Positions 29,112 through 42,133 of a stretch of 64,000 bases of DNA are shown in pieces. Both the position numbers and the translations under genes were made by a program. Source of the DNA: the human T2T-CHM13v2.0 reference genome, Homo sapiens; the NCBI RefSeq assembly GCF_009914755.1, contig NC_060929.1. One strand, written 5' to 3'. Positions within the stretch are counted from its first letter, which is position 1. Every line of letters starts with the position of its first letter. The notes beneath the pieces are model-generated. The model saw only the letters and a program-made list of their open reading frames with translations. It did no database searches and was not told where the DNA came from.

Positions 29112-30184
29112 AATAGAATACAATCACATACAGTGATGAAAAATAAGAAAACGTATCTCTTAACATAAACTTTTATGCTTCTTATTAGATATTTAGTTCC
29201 ACTTGGATTTGTTTTTCCTAATTATCTCTTAAAATGTGTCATAATTCTTAGATCAAAAGAATCCTAACTCACTGAAGCAGTTGGTGTTGAGTTGCAATTC
29301 AAAAATTCCAAACTCACTTGAAAGATTCAAGTTCTAACTACTAAGCGAACCCATTATATGAAATGAAAGCTTTATTACGTTATGTATTTGACATGCAAAA
29401 AATACTATTCATGTCCTTTGTTTTAAATATGAAATGAACACGTTTACTAAGATTGCCCTGAATTTGGAAGAAACCCTGGTCCCTTAGCCATCAATGGATG
29501 GCATAATTTTACTGAGTTGAATATTTCATTATGTAACCATGGTCTCACTGTTTAAGGTTTTCCATCAAGCCTTCTACACTGTCTCTCATATAAGCGATTA
29601 TTTGCCGCTCTGCATTTACATTTGATATTCTTTCTGTATTAGTTCTGATTCCTGAGACACTATTGGAAGTATTAGAAATTATAGCCCTTGCTGGAAACAA
29701 AGAGAGGAGATGGTGTTAGGCCAGCAAAGCCAGGAAGCTTTCTATATGACGTTTGCTGAATAAATCAAATGTAAGTTCTCAGCAACTGTATTCTTGTTCT
29801 AAGTGTTTCTAGTAATAGAACTATTTCCAGCTAAACCCTCGTTAAGAGAGAGAGAGAGACAGAGAGATCAGTCAAGTAATTTACAAAGTGATCAGCAGTT
29901 TTTACTGTTTTTAACATGCCTTGCAAGCCAAAAGCAAGGTGCACCACCACCTATCAAAGCCTAGATAAGCACAGGTTTCCTGTCAGTTTCCCTTTTTGTC
30001 AGTTCTTGGCATATGTTACATGCTCAAGAACTATTCTATAAACAAACTTGTTTATCAGACTCAGTAATTAGGAGTTAAGATAAACAACTACATAATTTTC
30101 AAAACTCATTGAAAAGTAAAAACATAGGGTGTATAGTTCAAAGAGCAGGAAAGAGTACCATTAAAGGTACTAAGGCACGAAACT

Positions 30185-30700
30185 TCTTTTCTTTCAGAAT
30201 TTATTTTTTCTCAACTTCTCTGTGCTGTTTGTCATGCTCCCATGGAATGGGATAGTTAGGGGGCGAGTGCAGATTACAGCCTCTCAGGGGTCCATACTGT
30301 TAGTGGCATTAGTTGCTGGATTGACACACTGTGTTGCTGGCAAGGGAGGGAAAGTCAATACCCCCTTCCCATGGGCCTGCTAGCAGAATCTGCAGCAGGT
30401 GAGATCCCTGAAGGATTGCAACCTCCACATTTGAGATGCACTCAGCTCCTGGATCAGGGTGCCCAATGAACTTGCCATCCTGGGGAATAGGGTTGGCTGC
30501 CTCCAGGCCCCACCTAGATGCCACAGAGTACATGTGGCCAACACCATCCTGCCTCATCTCTGTGCCCAGGCCTTGCAGTGGGTGGAGGACAGCTTTGGAA
30601 TGCTGGTTGGATGTCTGAGAATCTGTTCTGGGGAGGTGGGGAGGCTTCAGGGACTCCAAGTCTCTCAGCACTTTTTCCATTGTCCATTTGACTACCCTTA
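30185..30700 (-). pseudogene. Candidate processed-pseudogene fragment or terminal exon of unknown parent
   Basis: Sharp GC-richer island; 133-aa minus ORF (30309-30710) with many C/G-ending codons; minus-strand AATAAA (plus TTTATT 30200-30205) followed by an A-rich run; protein not recognised. Confidence 0.35.
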
Positions 30701-30792
30701 CAAAAAACAAAAGATAAAATTATTAAGAATTTCTAAATAGTGACCCTAAGCATCAGGCCTTTGTGAGAATGGGGCCTTCTTGACTGCACTAG

Positions 30793-31004
30793 TGGCTAAC
30801 ATTTATTGAAGTTCTATCAGCAAACTCTTCTAATCAATTTACAGTATACCTAATTCTCACATATGAAAACATATTGTGCAGAGAGGAAACTAAGTCACAA
30901 ACATAAAGTAATTTTTTCCAAGTTCATGAAATCAGTATGTGGTGATGCCAAGATTCTATTAATACTACAGGCAGTCTGACTCCCAGGCTCTTCATTCTAA
31001 ACCA
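30793..31004 (-). mobile_element. MIR SINE
   Basis: GCTAACATTTATTGA...GAGGAAACTAAG...CAGGCAGTCTGACTCC. Confidence 0.75.
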
Positions 31005-31044
31005 GCTCAACATCTCATATGGTATAATCGCTTTAATACCTGTC

Positions 31045-31362
31045 TTGTAGGGACATGGATGAAGCTGGAAACCTCATTCTGAGCAAACTATCGCAAGGAC
31101 AGAAAACCAAACACCGCATGTTCTCACTCATCGGTGGGAAGTGAACAATGAGAACACTTGGACGCAGAGTGGGGAACATCACAAACCGGGGCCTGTCATA
31201 GGGTTGGGGGAGGGGGGAGGGATAGCATTAGGAGATATACCTAATGTAAATGACAAGTTAATGGGTGCAGCACACCAACATGGCACATGTATACATATGT
31301 AACAAACCTGCACGTTGTGCACATGTACCCTAGAACTTAAAGTATTAAAAAAAAAAAAAAAA
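31045..31362 (+). mobile_element. Young L1PA (about PA3-PA4) 3' end with intact poly(A)
   Basis: GGGACATGGATGAAGCTGGAAAC...GGAGATATACCTAATGTAAATGAC...CCCTAGAACTTAAAGTAT then an A run; TSD-like ACCTGTCT/ACTTGTCT. Confidence 0.96.
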
Positions 31363-31869
31363 CTTGTCTGTGGTTTTATACTTGGACCTACTTCTCTGGA
31401 GACTTTTCTCTTCCCCAGCAATGTCCTTTTTATGACCCATTGAAATCACATTAAAACTTAACCTGACATTTGACAGCTTAGAGCATTAGAAAGTGCTCAA
31501 TAAACCTTAGCTTTTATTATTCTCTTCGAATTCTGCTTCTTGTCTAGGTATTCTTTCAAATGCATGTGAAGTATTGTTTGAACTGGCAATGGCTTAATGT
31601 GTACTTTTATCAGCTGAATATCCTGAAAGAGGTACCAATATGTACATTTCAATCCCCAAAACAAAGATATTGAGAATGTTCTTAAGATGGCCAACCCTTT
31701 AAAAATCCTTCAGATCCTTTAATTCAGTAAGTTTTTTGTAGGACTGTCTATATATGGGTACCACATTTATACATCAGTGAATGAGTATCTATTTTATATA
31801 TCAAATAGAATGCAATTCCAGAACCTAAACGCCTCTTGAATATGTAGTTTTTCAACTTTATGAGATAGA

Positions 31870-32012
31870 TACCTGAATAACACCTATCTTGTGTAGACAA
31901 GAAACCAAGTCCCAAGTAAACTGCCATTTTCTCTTGGTCACAAAGTTACTATAAGGTAATGCCAGGATGCTAATGTGGGCAGTCTGACTACAGGGTCCTC
32001 ACTCTAAAATGG
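31870..32012 (-). mobile_element. MIR SINE fragment
   Basis: GACAAGAAACCAAG...GGTCACAAAG...GGCAGTCTGACTACAGGG. Confidence 0.65.
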
Positions 32013-33199
32013 CACAAGATCCCATATGGTAGAGTAGCTTTAATATCCATAATATTAAACATTTATTCAAATGAAATTAGAATTCCACATAAAATGCTTA
32101 AATATTCAAAAGTAAAACTTAAGTTTCTCCTGAATTTCTTTATTCACATCAGAATACAATATTAGAATATTATGAAATAATTAAGACAAGCATAAAATAT
32201 TTATTGAATACCTACTAAGATCCAGGCCTGATACAGATACTTTACACACATCAGTGAAGAAAATAGACAGATTTATATTATTGAGCAGCATATACTACAG
32301 CAGATAATTAAAGTTTTCTTAATAGTATCTGCTCTATTTTGGACAACTTTTAAAGAATTTATTTATAATAAAGATGTATTATACAAGTATAATTGTTTTA
32401 TTTAAATGTTTTGACATCCAATGTTGAGGCAAATTAGATTGTATCCCTGTTTTTATCACCCTCATAGTATCTTCTAGTGGTGCTTTTGTTACTCCTTTCT
32501 TCCATTCCCTCTTTATTCTTTCTGTCTTTTTTAAAAACAGCTGCAGACCATACACTTTATTATCAGCTAAGGGATACGTTAAGTGGCTGCCTGCCCAACC
32601 ACAGCCAGTTTGTATCCATGATCACTTGGCTTAGCTATCCCTGAAGGAAGTTAAGTTGTATCCTAGGGAAATTAGACTGAAAATCATTTTTTTCCCCATT
32701 GCCAGCCATTCCTAGAAGTTCTATGATTAATACAAATTTCACTTCTAAAATTATTTTATTCACCCAGTCGCTTTGAAAGTTATATACAATGCAAAAAATA
32801 AGAATGTTATCTCTTTACTTACATTTTAACACCCTTACAAAATCCCCTATATTAAAAATAATATTTAACATTATAGAACAAAGTTAATATTTAAAGAAGC
32901 TGAGTTGTTCATTTTTGTTTCGTTTTGTGTTGTGGTATGGGGGAACTTATTATTTTAGAATGACTCAGTTAACCCTTAATAGTTTCTACAAAATGGAAGA
33001 TCATCAACGCAAAAGAAAATACATTTGAATTTCAAGAAACACTTCTAAGCAGCCTATACAAGAAAGCAGTGGGCATCAATATGAGGGCATTTTAATTTTT
33101 TTTAGAATTGTTCAACTTTTTACATGTCACACAATTTGAGATAACGGGACAAATATGTCAAAGGGGTCAGTGTGTCATATTCAGAGGAGAACCTGCTTT

Positions 33200-33380
33200 G
33201 ATATCTGACAGATTAGGTTTGAATTTTGACTCTGAAACTTTATAGCAGGGTGGTTTGAGGCTTTTGGAATAAACATTCTGAGCCTTCATTTCATTATAAT
33301 AGAAGAGAGGGATCATGACATCCACATATACAAAGCACTTGGCATACAGAGGTATGTACTCTATGGTAGATATTAGTATT
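33200..33380 (+). mobile_element. MIR SINE
   Basis: GACAGATTAGGTTTGAATTTTGACTCTG...TCTGAGCCTTCATTTCATT...AAAGCACTTGGCATACAG. Confidence 0.6.
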
Positions 33381-35385
33381 CATCATGAGAGAGCCAGATT
33401 TAAGAAAGACAAAAATCCTATAAAGACACCGAACTGTTCATTCCAAGAACATAGGTTTTGTGTGATTAAGGAATTTGACAGGGAGGAATACACAAAGATA
33501 ACAGACTGAATCAAACCATACCAAGATCTCTGAATACATGTCAAGAAGTAAAACAAAATAGTTATCTTTTAAAAACCAGTTTTGGATCAGGTACTATTAG
33601 GGTCTTTTACGTATGTTCTTCCAGGTATTCCTCAAAATAAAACTGAATCTCATAGCGATTGATTGAATAGAGCCAGACAAGAGCACGTGGAAATCCCACT
33701 TGCCTTCGTGTGCACCTTGATGTGCAGCTACTGACACAGAAAAATAGGAAGTGCATTGTGGAAGAGTTAAAGGGGCGCAAAAAGTTTTATTCTGGGAAAA
33801 AATGCTAGTTACTAGAGTACAGTCTTAACTGACCAAGAAAAATGTATATTTTGTCACAATTTCCTTTATGTTTCCATTGGGACAAAGCTAGTCTAATATA
33901 TGAGACTCTTGAATGGCCCTTATCTTTGATATAAGTGGAGAGTATTTGCAAAATGTAATTTCCTTGCAGCCCACTTCATTATATATACCTATTTTCATAA
34001 CAAAGCCTGTGAAGAAAAATTGATGTTAAAATCAATGCATTCCTTGAATAATTGAGATTTTTAAAATGGATCTGTACAAAAAGCTATCCTTCAGAACAAT
34101 GTCTCTCAAGTACTGTTTGCATGAATTTACACTGATTTTCCTTTGGAATTTATCTCACTTAAACTATTCATTTTTTTAATCATTCACAATATTTCAAAGC
34201 TACTTCTCTGTTTTTAAGCATTCTACTTTAATTTGAAAATAAAAAGAATGTAATAAAATTGAATGATTAAATTGCACTTCTGCTAAGCAGGATTATTTTC
34301 TTATATCTTATATCAGAATTTTATTAGGTAATTGTTTTTCATCAGTATGTTCTGCCTACATCCTAGTAGTTAGGAAAATTGGAAAAGCATTGCCAGATTT
34401 TCTTTGTACAGACGTAATCTTTACATTTCTTAAATTGTGCTTGACAATTTGAAGTGATGACAAAATTATACCTTTGGTTGTATATTTTTCTTATCATACT
34501 AATTTGAATCTAATAGAGGCAATATAGAATTTTTTCTTTTGTCATACATTATAATTTCTATAATTCTTTATAATATTGAAATTCTGTAGTTCAACTATTG
34601 CTTCCTAAAATACAACATATGCTCAAATCAAACAAGATTATTAATTTAAACACATAAATATTAGCTTTATTATTGTTCCGAACTTAGTTTCCTTTTGGGT
34701 TGTAAAATATAAGATGTGAAACTTATCTTTTAAAAATCAAGTGATCTTTGATTTTGCTACATCATCTACTCATGTGTTCTGGGCCTCAGTGGGGACCAGA
34801 AAGCTAAGGACTTAACATGTTTCTATGACAATTTTAGGAAGAAAAAATAGTATCATTTTACATCTCCACCTTCTCTTCATCAGAAAACAGACCTTGAGAA
34901 TTATTGTAGATAGTCTTACACCATAAAGATAAATGCAATTTTGAGGAACACGTAACATGATTGCTAAGCAGTTGTGTGCATATATGTGTGTATATATATA
35001 TATCCAATTTTGCACATTTAGTAATAGAATAACATATTTTTAAAATGAGGTCTGCCCTCAGTAATAAACTTTCTTATTTGTTAACAAATACTTTTAAGAA
35101 TTCTCTAGAGAATTCTTGGATTGAGCCATAGTTACCAGAAGAATACTTCTGACAAAGACACTTAAGCAGATATAAGAGAGCGCAAAGGGAAGGCAGAGAG
35201 ATGTTTCAACGCTGTCATTTTAAAACTTCAAAAAGCATCTCCACATCAGAAGCGACTTCACAGATCCCGAGTCTCTACATTTCTGAGATATTGTTTGGTT
35301 TCATTTTTTTTTCTCTCCAGGTTCCAGGTTCCATAATCTTTTTAAGAGGTATAGGATTTGGGAAACATAGTATGGAGCATGAAAT

Positions 35386-35451
35386 TTCTCTCTCTCTCTC
35401 TGTTTCTCTCTCTCTATATATATATGTATATATAAATATATACATATATAT
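35386..35451. repeat. (CT)n-(TA)n microsatellite
   Basis: TCTCTCTCTCTCTCTGTTTCTCTCTCTCTATATATATATG... Confidence 0.9.
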
Positions 35452-37974
35452 TTTTAAATTATCAGATTAGTGATTAAGACAGATATTAGAAGAGAAACAA
35501 CAAAACTGTTATTTTTCTTTCACCATTCATAGAATTACTGGTACTTCTATATTAAGAAACAAAATAAAAGCAATCATTTAAACATAAGAAGTAGTATGAT
35601 AGATATATTTTTGATAAAAATCAAGTAAATATTTGTCTCTAAATTCAAACTACCCACAGTGCAATCAGTAAGTATTAGAAAACAGGTAAAGACTTGTTTT
35701 ATGTGCTCTGGCTATATGTCAGACACAGAAGAAACAAGTAGAGCTGATAACCCCTAACTTTTAAGGTCTATTCTAGACGTAAAGATGCAGTGTAGTTCCA
35801 AAATTATAGTTAAAAAATATATATATACAAATAATAAATCATCCACAGTAAATGTTGGAAACAGAAAAAAACAGGCAATATGTACAAATATATAACTTCT
35901 CTAATATGAATATTAAAAAGAATTTATAAATAATAGAAGCATGCTGATTGTTTTATAATATTTTCAAATTCAAATTAAGAAAAAGATAATGAAGCTGTAT
36001 TCAAGAATATTAGAAGTATTGTGAATATATATAGGACTGAAAATGATTTTGTATAACAGCAAAAAGCAAAATTGAATGGCATTCTATTTAAAATGCTTTC
36101 TTTTTTATATTTAAATGTATTATTTTAGAGAAAATTCATCATTTAATAGGTGGCTAGCAAACTGTTTCAAAAAGCAAGATAATTTACAATTGAGTATAGT
36201 ATATCAGCATTTCCATATTTTGCATCATCTTGATTTAATATTTCTGGTGCTTCAGCAACGCTAGTGCCCATTCTTGGTAACCACATCACCACAGAAATGT
36301 AATATATGTGTTCCGTATCGTTTCCTGCATTATGTGTGTGGGTTGTGGTTGTTGCTTAAGTTCCCATGACTATTGAGTGAGGAAGTTGGGTATAATTCCT
36401 GGCAGCATAGTAGTTTATCCATTACACTAAAGAGCAGATCGTATTTCAAAATGTTTTTCTGAGATCATTACAGCAACAAATGGCAGGGTTATCAGCCTTA
36501 TTACCAATTGCCCAGAAAATGTGGGGAAAAAAAGCCACTAAAAATAGCCACAGGAAGCAATAATTTCTATGACAAAATGTTCGGCTGTTTACTTAGTACG
36601 CTAAGTAATATATTTTTGATCAAAGATAAACAGTTTAAAAAGTTACATTTGTGTTGTGGGGAGGCAAGGCTGAGGGAAGGAGGAAATTGCTGTTCCCTAA
36701 AGGCTGATGTACCTTGTAAAATAATCTGTCTTCAAACTCAGAATGAAAGGGAGCCAAAAACAGCTTTGAATTACATGAAGACCCTGGAGAGGCTGTTCAT
36801 TACACAATTTGCTGTAGTGGTTTGCAGATGTCTCATTTTGTGAGTCAGATTATGCACTTTATTTTTTGTTGTTTAAGTTATGTTGTATAGCGTTGGTTAT
36901 AAATTCTTTCCTGATTTGTCACAATTTCTCTGTAAACAGCACAATGTCTACTTTGAACAAACTGATACATTGTACCCCTGCTGTTTCAAAACTGTGACTG
37001 ATGAAAGAGCTGTACTCTGGCTCTGAAGCAAGTAAGGTACTTAGTAGAAAATGGCCCTTTTATATAGTGCATCCAACTATAACATCAGAAGGCTGGACTT
37101 GTAACCACTTTATAGAGAAAGTACCCAAGAGTACATGGTGAGGTGATCAGCAAAATGCCAACTCTGAACAGCAATGAGGCAGTGATGTCAAATGACCCGT
37201 TTTGGCACATTTTATTTTAAGGATGTAATCCTGTAGCACATACATAGTCCTTGCTAAAGTTAATAAAACTTCCATTATAAGCTAAGAAGTCTTACTAAAA
37301 AAATACTTATTCATAGATTTGTTCTAAAGTTGGGTTCCTGGTTTTAACTGAGGTCATATTCAGGCAATAAAGACTCTAACAAGAAAAAACCTTTTTTCCT
37401 TAATTTGGGAAAAAAATGTCATTATGCCTTGGGAAGTATTATAATATTGTTGTAATCATCTGCAATCCTCATTAGTCTTCTTATTATATCTGAAGCACTT
37501 GTATTTGTTGAAGTAGAAGCAGCTGAGATAAAAGAAATTTGAAAGTGAAATCATTACACATTTGAGTCAGTGCCTTTTTCAAACTGGAAGCCTGCTCTAT
37601 TACTCTTAATGAGCTGATGCCCCAAATACTGAAAATGGATTCATATTTCTTAACCTCTTTTGAACCTCTAGTTAAAAACTGTGGTGTGAATTCAAAAGGA
37701 AAAAAGAATGTCAATGGTGTTTTTAAACTATTCATTTGGGGAACTATTAGTCAACCTTTACAAACTACTTGATAGTAATATTTAGCCAAGTCTAAAATTA
37801 ATGTTTTTATCGATTAGAATACTAAAAGAAACCTATTTTAGTAGTTATTTTATATTTTTAAGGATCGATTATATGTCATATAATTCATAAACAACAGTTA
37901 ATAGATACTTAAAATTTAAGAAAATATTTACATGTTAAAATTAAATATTAATAACAATATATGGATAAAAGCAT

Positions 37975-38185
37975 ATAGAACTAAATATACATGCACACAA
38001 ATGAGTAAAAATAAAACTGAAAAAGCTGGATAAAATTGATATCAAAGTCAATATCCTAGGCTAATGTTATACTATAGTTTACCTTTAGCAGAAACTAGGT
38101 AAAGTATACACAGTATCTCTTTATTATTTCTTTCAACTGCATGTGAATATAAAATTATCTCAATACAATTTTCATCTAAAAATTA
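37975..38185 (+). mobile_element. L1MC1/2-like 3' end
   Basis: CACACAAATGAGTAAAAATAAAACTG...GTCAATATCCTAGG...CAACTGCATGTGAATATAAAATTATCTCAA. Confidence 0.8.
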
Positions 38186-40377
38186 AATGTTACATAATTA
38201 CAATTTGATCTATCTATAGCCTCTAAATTTACAAAAGGAATAGGCATTTTTAAATAACTGCTCTAGATATTTAATCGATAATAAATACCTAGTAAGAGGA
38301 GATACCCTAAATTTAGCATATTAGAAGTCAAGTACACATATAGTATGAGATTTTATAGGTTAATAAAATATAATGTTAATTTAGAAGAAAGGGAAGTGTT
38401 TCAATATTTGAAAAGAGCAAATTTCTAATTCCCAGGTATTGTGCATTTTCACTGCATCTAGTGAAATCACTGTTATAAACCACTCAAAGCAACATCACTG
38501 GTGTTGATTTTATTTGAAGATAATATAATCCAGTTTTATATTGTACTTTGTAAATCAAAAGCAACATGGGACAGGGAATGTTTGCAGTACAGATCTAAGT
38601 TGGAGGAAGACATCACTTTTAATTAAGAAGCACTAAAGTGATATATAGTTCTATAGGAAAAGTGCCAGATCAGAAGAAGTGAAAACACTTAGGTTTTAAT
38701 AGTTTCCTTTTGGTGACTCTAACTATGCTAATTTGTCTTTGATAAATTGTGACAAGGACTGTCAACTTAAATGGTCAACATACTCATTAAAATTAAGCAA
38801 TAACATTTCTATAGTAATAATCTTAGATATGTTTAAGACTTAGCCCTTTTTCTGGAAGTTAGAGTCTAATAATCTCTGCTTAGTCCCCCAGGGAGTGGGG
38901 TGAGGGGAGGGTGGTGGCGGCATTCAAGTTCTGGCAGCATGTGAAACAACAGGCAACCCTCAGGAATTTCAGGGCCACACAATCTACTTGAGTTACATGA
39001 TACACTTGTGATTAACACTAATTCATTTAATGTGCTCAAGTATCTATGTACCCAGTTAGAAGATTCAGATCCTATAATATTCCTAGGTATTTTGTATTTC
39101 ATCACTTTATTACTATTTTAATGTTGACACAAGGACCCAAGATCCAATCTTCATGATAAAGACAAAATTTCTTATTAACAGCTAAGGTGAATCCACAAGT
39201 TGACATTCTAATACAGTGTCAGAAGACGGAACCAAGGGATTGCCTTGGGTGGGCATCAACATTGAATCACTGCAGTTGGAAATAACAATCAGTTTTGTTT
39301 TTATGATTTCGCATTGATGTTTACTTATATTTAAGCTCCTTTAGAGATTTCAAATGACCAGACCACCAAGCCTGGCTGCATTTTCCTTGAAAACTATTAA
39401 GAAAAAATATATAGAGATCAGGAAGACTTTGTTGATTCTTTGCAATTTGCATGTGCACTATACGAAAACTAGGAGAAATCTGAAAAAAAAATCAGATATC
39501 CATATGTTATTTAATACCTCATATCCAGATGTTTTGGAGGTCTGGTGTTATAAGGTTTATAGCTTTAAGACTGCATATATTTTCAGAAGTCAAATAAAAT
39601 ATTGCATTTTATTTATTCATTTGTTTCTCATTTTGATTTGTTTCTACTATCTTTTAGAATTACCAAGAAATTTTATGGAAATCATCATTTTGAAGTCAGG
39701 TAATAAGCAGAAAAATAAAGAACTGCAATATTATCTATCTTCTTAAGTGTATATTTAGCATTCTCTTGTTCAGTTATCCAGATGATTAAATTTATTTCTT
39801 GAAAAGCAAATCACATATCAAATTTGGCCTTACTTTTTGGCACATATGATGGTAATGTGGATTAAATGTTATGAAAACAGCTAAATTTAATTAAAAATAT
39901 ACTTTAGAACTAAAAAACTAAAAATCTCAGGTTAAAATTTTTTCATAATCTGTGTAAATCTGAAAATACGAGTAAAATTATTGAATTGTATTGAAATGAA
40001 GGTAGGAAAAATAAATTTTATAAAATGTTTACATATATTTATAAACTATGTATGTTTCCTTTATTACTAGTTTAAATGTCCTTACTCATAAACAGAAGAT
40101 CTAAATATGGGAAATAATCAAATTCCATCATGTTTAATATTTTTCTTTCTCCAGTCATATAAACATTGATTCATGACTTATTTTCATATTTTGTTGCTCA
40201 AAAGCTATAGTTGACAGGGTAGGACATTTGAATATGTTCTGGGTAGCAATTTTGTTACCTTAATTTATAATTGTAAATATTTAGAGACATGAACTCCATT
40301 TGTCTTCCTGCCCCAGGCAGGCTACTGTTAGGTGAGACTATACAGATCTTTTTTTTTTAAGTCATATTATCATTATC

Positions 40378-40793
40378 TGATATAGTTTGGATGTGTGTCC
40401 CTGCCCCAATCTCATATTGAATTGTCTAACTGTAATCCTCAATGTTGGAGGTTGGGCCTGGTGAGAGGTGACTGGGTCATGGGTTGGAGTCTCATGAATG
40501 GTTTAGCACCATCCCCTTGCTGCTGTTCTCATGATAGTGAGTGAGTTACGGGAGATCTGGTTGTGTAAAAGTGTGCAGCACTTCGCTGCTGGCTCTCGCT
40601 TGCTCCTGCTTTCAGCATGTGCCTGTTCCCCCTTTGCCTTCTGCCATGACTAGAAGCTTCCTGTGGTCTCCCCAGAAGCAGATGCCACTATGCTTCCTGT
40701 ACAGCCTGAAGAACTGTGAGCCAATTAACCCTTTTTTCTTATAAATTGCCCAGCCTCAAGTATTTCTTTATGGCAATGCAAAAACAGAGTAAT
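40378..40793 (+). mobile_element. MST (MSTB-like) solo LTR
   Basis: TGATATAGTTTGGATGTGTGTCCCTGCCCCAATCTCAT...CTTCCTGTACAGCCTGAAGAACTGTGAGCCAATTAA...GCAATGCAAAAACAGAGTAAT. Confidence 0.93.
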
Positions 40794-41095
40794 CTTTTCT
40801 TCAAGATCCTTCCTCACAACTAAGAAGTTGACCCTGCCTTTTCTTTCTTCCATGTATATGGGTTTTCTTTACAGTGCCCTCTAAATTTCAATGATTGGTT
40901 TATACTTCACTCTTCCTGGCTAAACTGTATTTAGATTTTAAAAATCACTCTGCTTTACTTAGTATTAGAACTCTAATGCTCTATAGCAGTCATGTACCTG
41001 GAACCTAGTAGTTGCTCATGAAAATGTATGTTCAGTTTTATGTTGAATTTGTGTTACTGAAAACCATCTATCAGAGTATGGATTACACTTTAGGT

Positions 41096-41314
41096 CAGGG
41101 GTGTCCAATCTTTTGGCTTCCCTGGGTCACATTGGAAGAAGAATTGTCTTGGGTCACACATAAAATACACTAACAACAGCCGATGAGCAAAAAGAAAAAT
41201 AATCGCAAATAAACCCTCATAATCTTTTAAGAAAGTTTACAAATTTGTGTTGGGTCACATTCAAAGCCATGCTGGGCCGCATGCAGCCCACAGGCCGCAG
41301 GTTGGACAAGCTTG
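41096..41314 (+). mobile_element. MER30 hAT-Charlie MITE
   Basis: CAGGGGTGTCCAATCTTTTGGCTTCCCTGGG...GTTGGACAAGCTTG; 8-bp TSD CTTTAGGT/CTTTAGAT. Confidence 0.93.
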
Positions 41315-41675
41315 CTTTAGATATTCACTTAGCACATGTTAATGATGGAGTAAATAAAATTGATCTTCCAACTTGCAATTTTCTAGCATCCTCATGAAAT
41401 TAAAATTCCATTTCGCTTACCAATACCTGTCTCTATTATCTAAAAACTATCCATCAGAGGGTAACTAATTAATGCACTAATTTTTCTCTGCTGAGGCATT
41501 GGCACTGACGTTTTAGTAATGCCATGTACTTTTCCCATTTGTAATTTGTAAAATATTCTCTTATGATCACCATGTATTTTGTAAATAATAAAATAGTATT
41601 TGATTATATACATAATCAATGATAATAATGATTTATATATATATAGTATCATATATACGTCATTTAACAAACCAT

Positions 41676-42133
41676 TGTTATGGTTTAAATTATGTTGCCC
41701 AAAAAGTTGTTGAAGTGCTTTCTCTCAGTAAATGTGACCTTAATTGGATATGGTATCCTAGCAGATGAAATCATTTGGGTGGTCCCTAATCAATACGACT
41801 GAGTCTTTATAAAAAGGGGAAATTTAGACACAGACATAGACACACACACAGGGAGAATCCTATGTGAGCATGAAGGAAGATACCAGAAAATGCATCTATA
41901 ATCCAAAAAATGCCAAAATTTCCAGAAAACTACCAGAAATTAGGAAATGGGCATAAACAGATTATCCCTCACATCCCTCAGCAGAAACCAACCTTGCTGA
42001 CACTTTGATGGTGCATGTCTAGCCTCTAGAACTATGAGAACGTTAATTTCTGCTGTTTAAGCCATCCAGTTTTTGGTGAGCTTTGTAGCGTTTTCATAGA
42101 GCTTTGTTACACCAGCTCTACAAAACTAATACA
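41676..42133 (+). mobile_element. MLT1B/C-type solo LTR
   Basis: TGTTATGGTTTAAATT start, AAAAGGGGAAATTTAGACACAGAC, CTAGCCTCTAGAACTATGAGA, AAACTAATACA end; 5-bp TSD ACCAT/CCCAT. Confidence 0.9.

Noticed and set aside
39354-39746. 130-aa plus-strand ORF and a 42-nt exon-like piece at 39658-39699
   Set aside because: AT-rich, compositionally biased, no domain; splice signals no better than background
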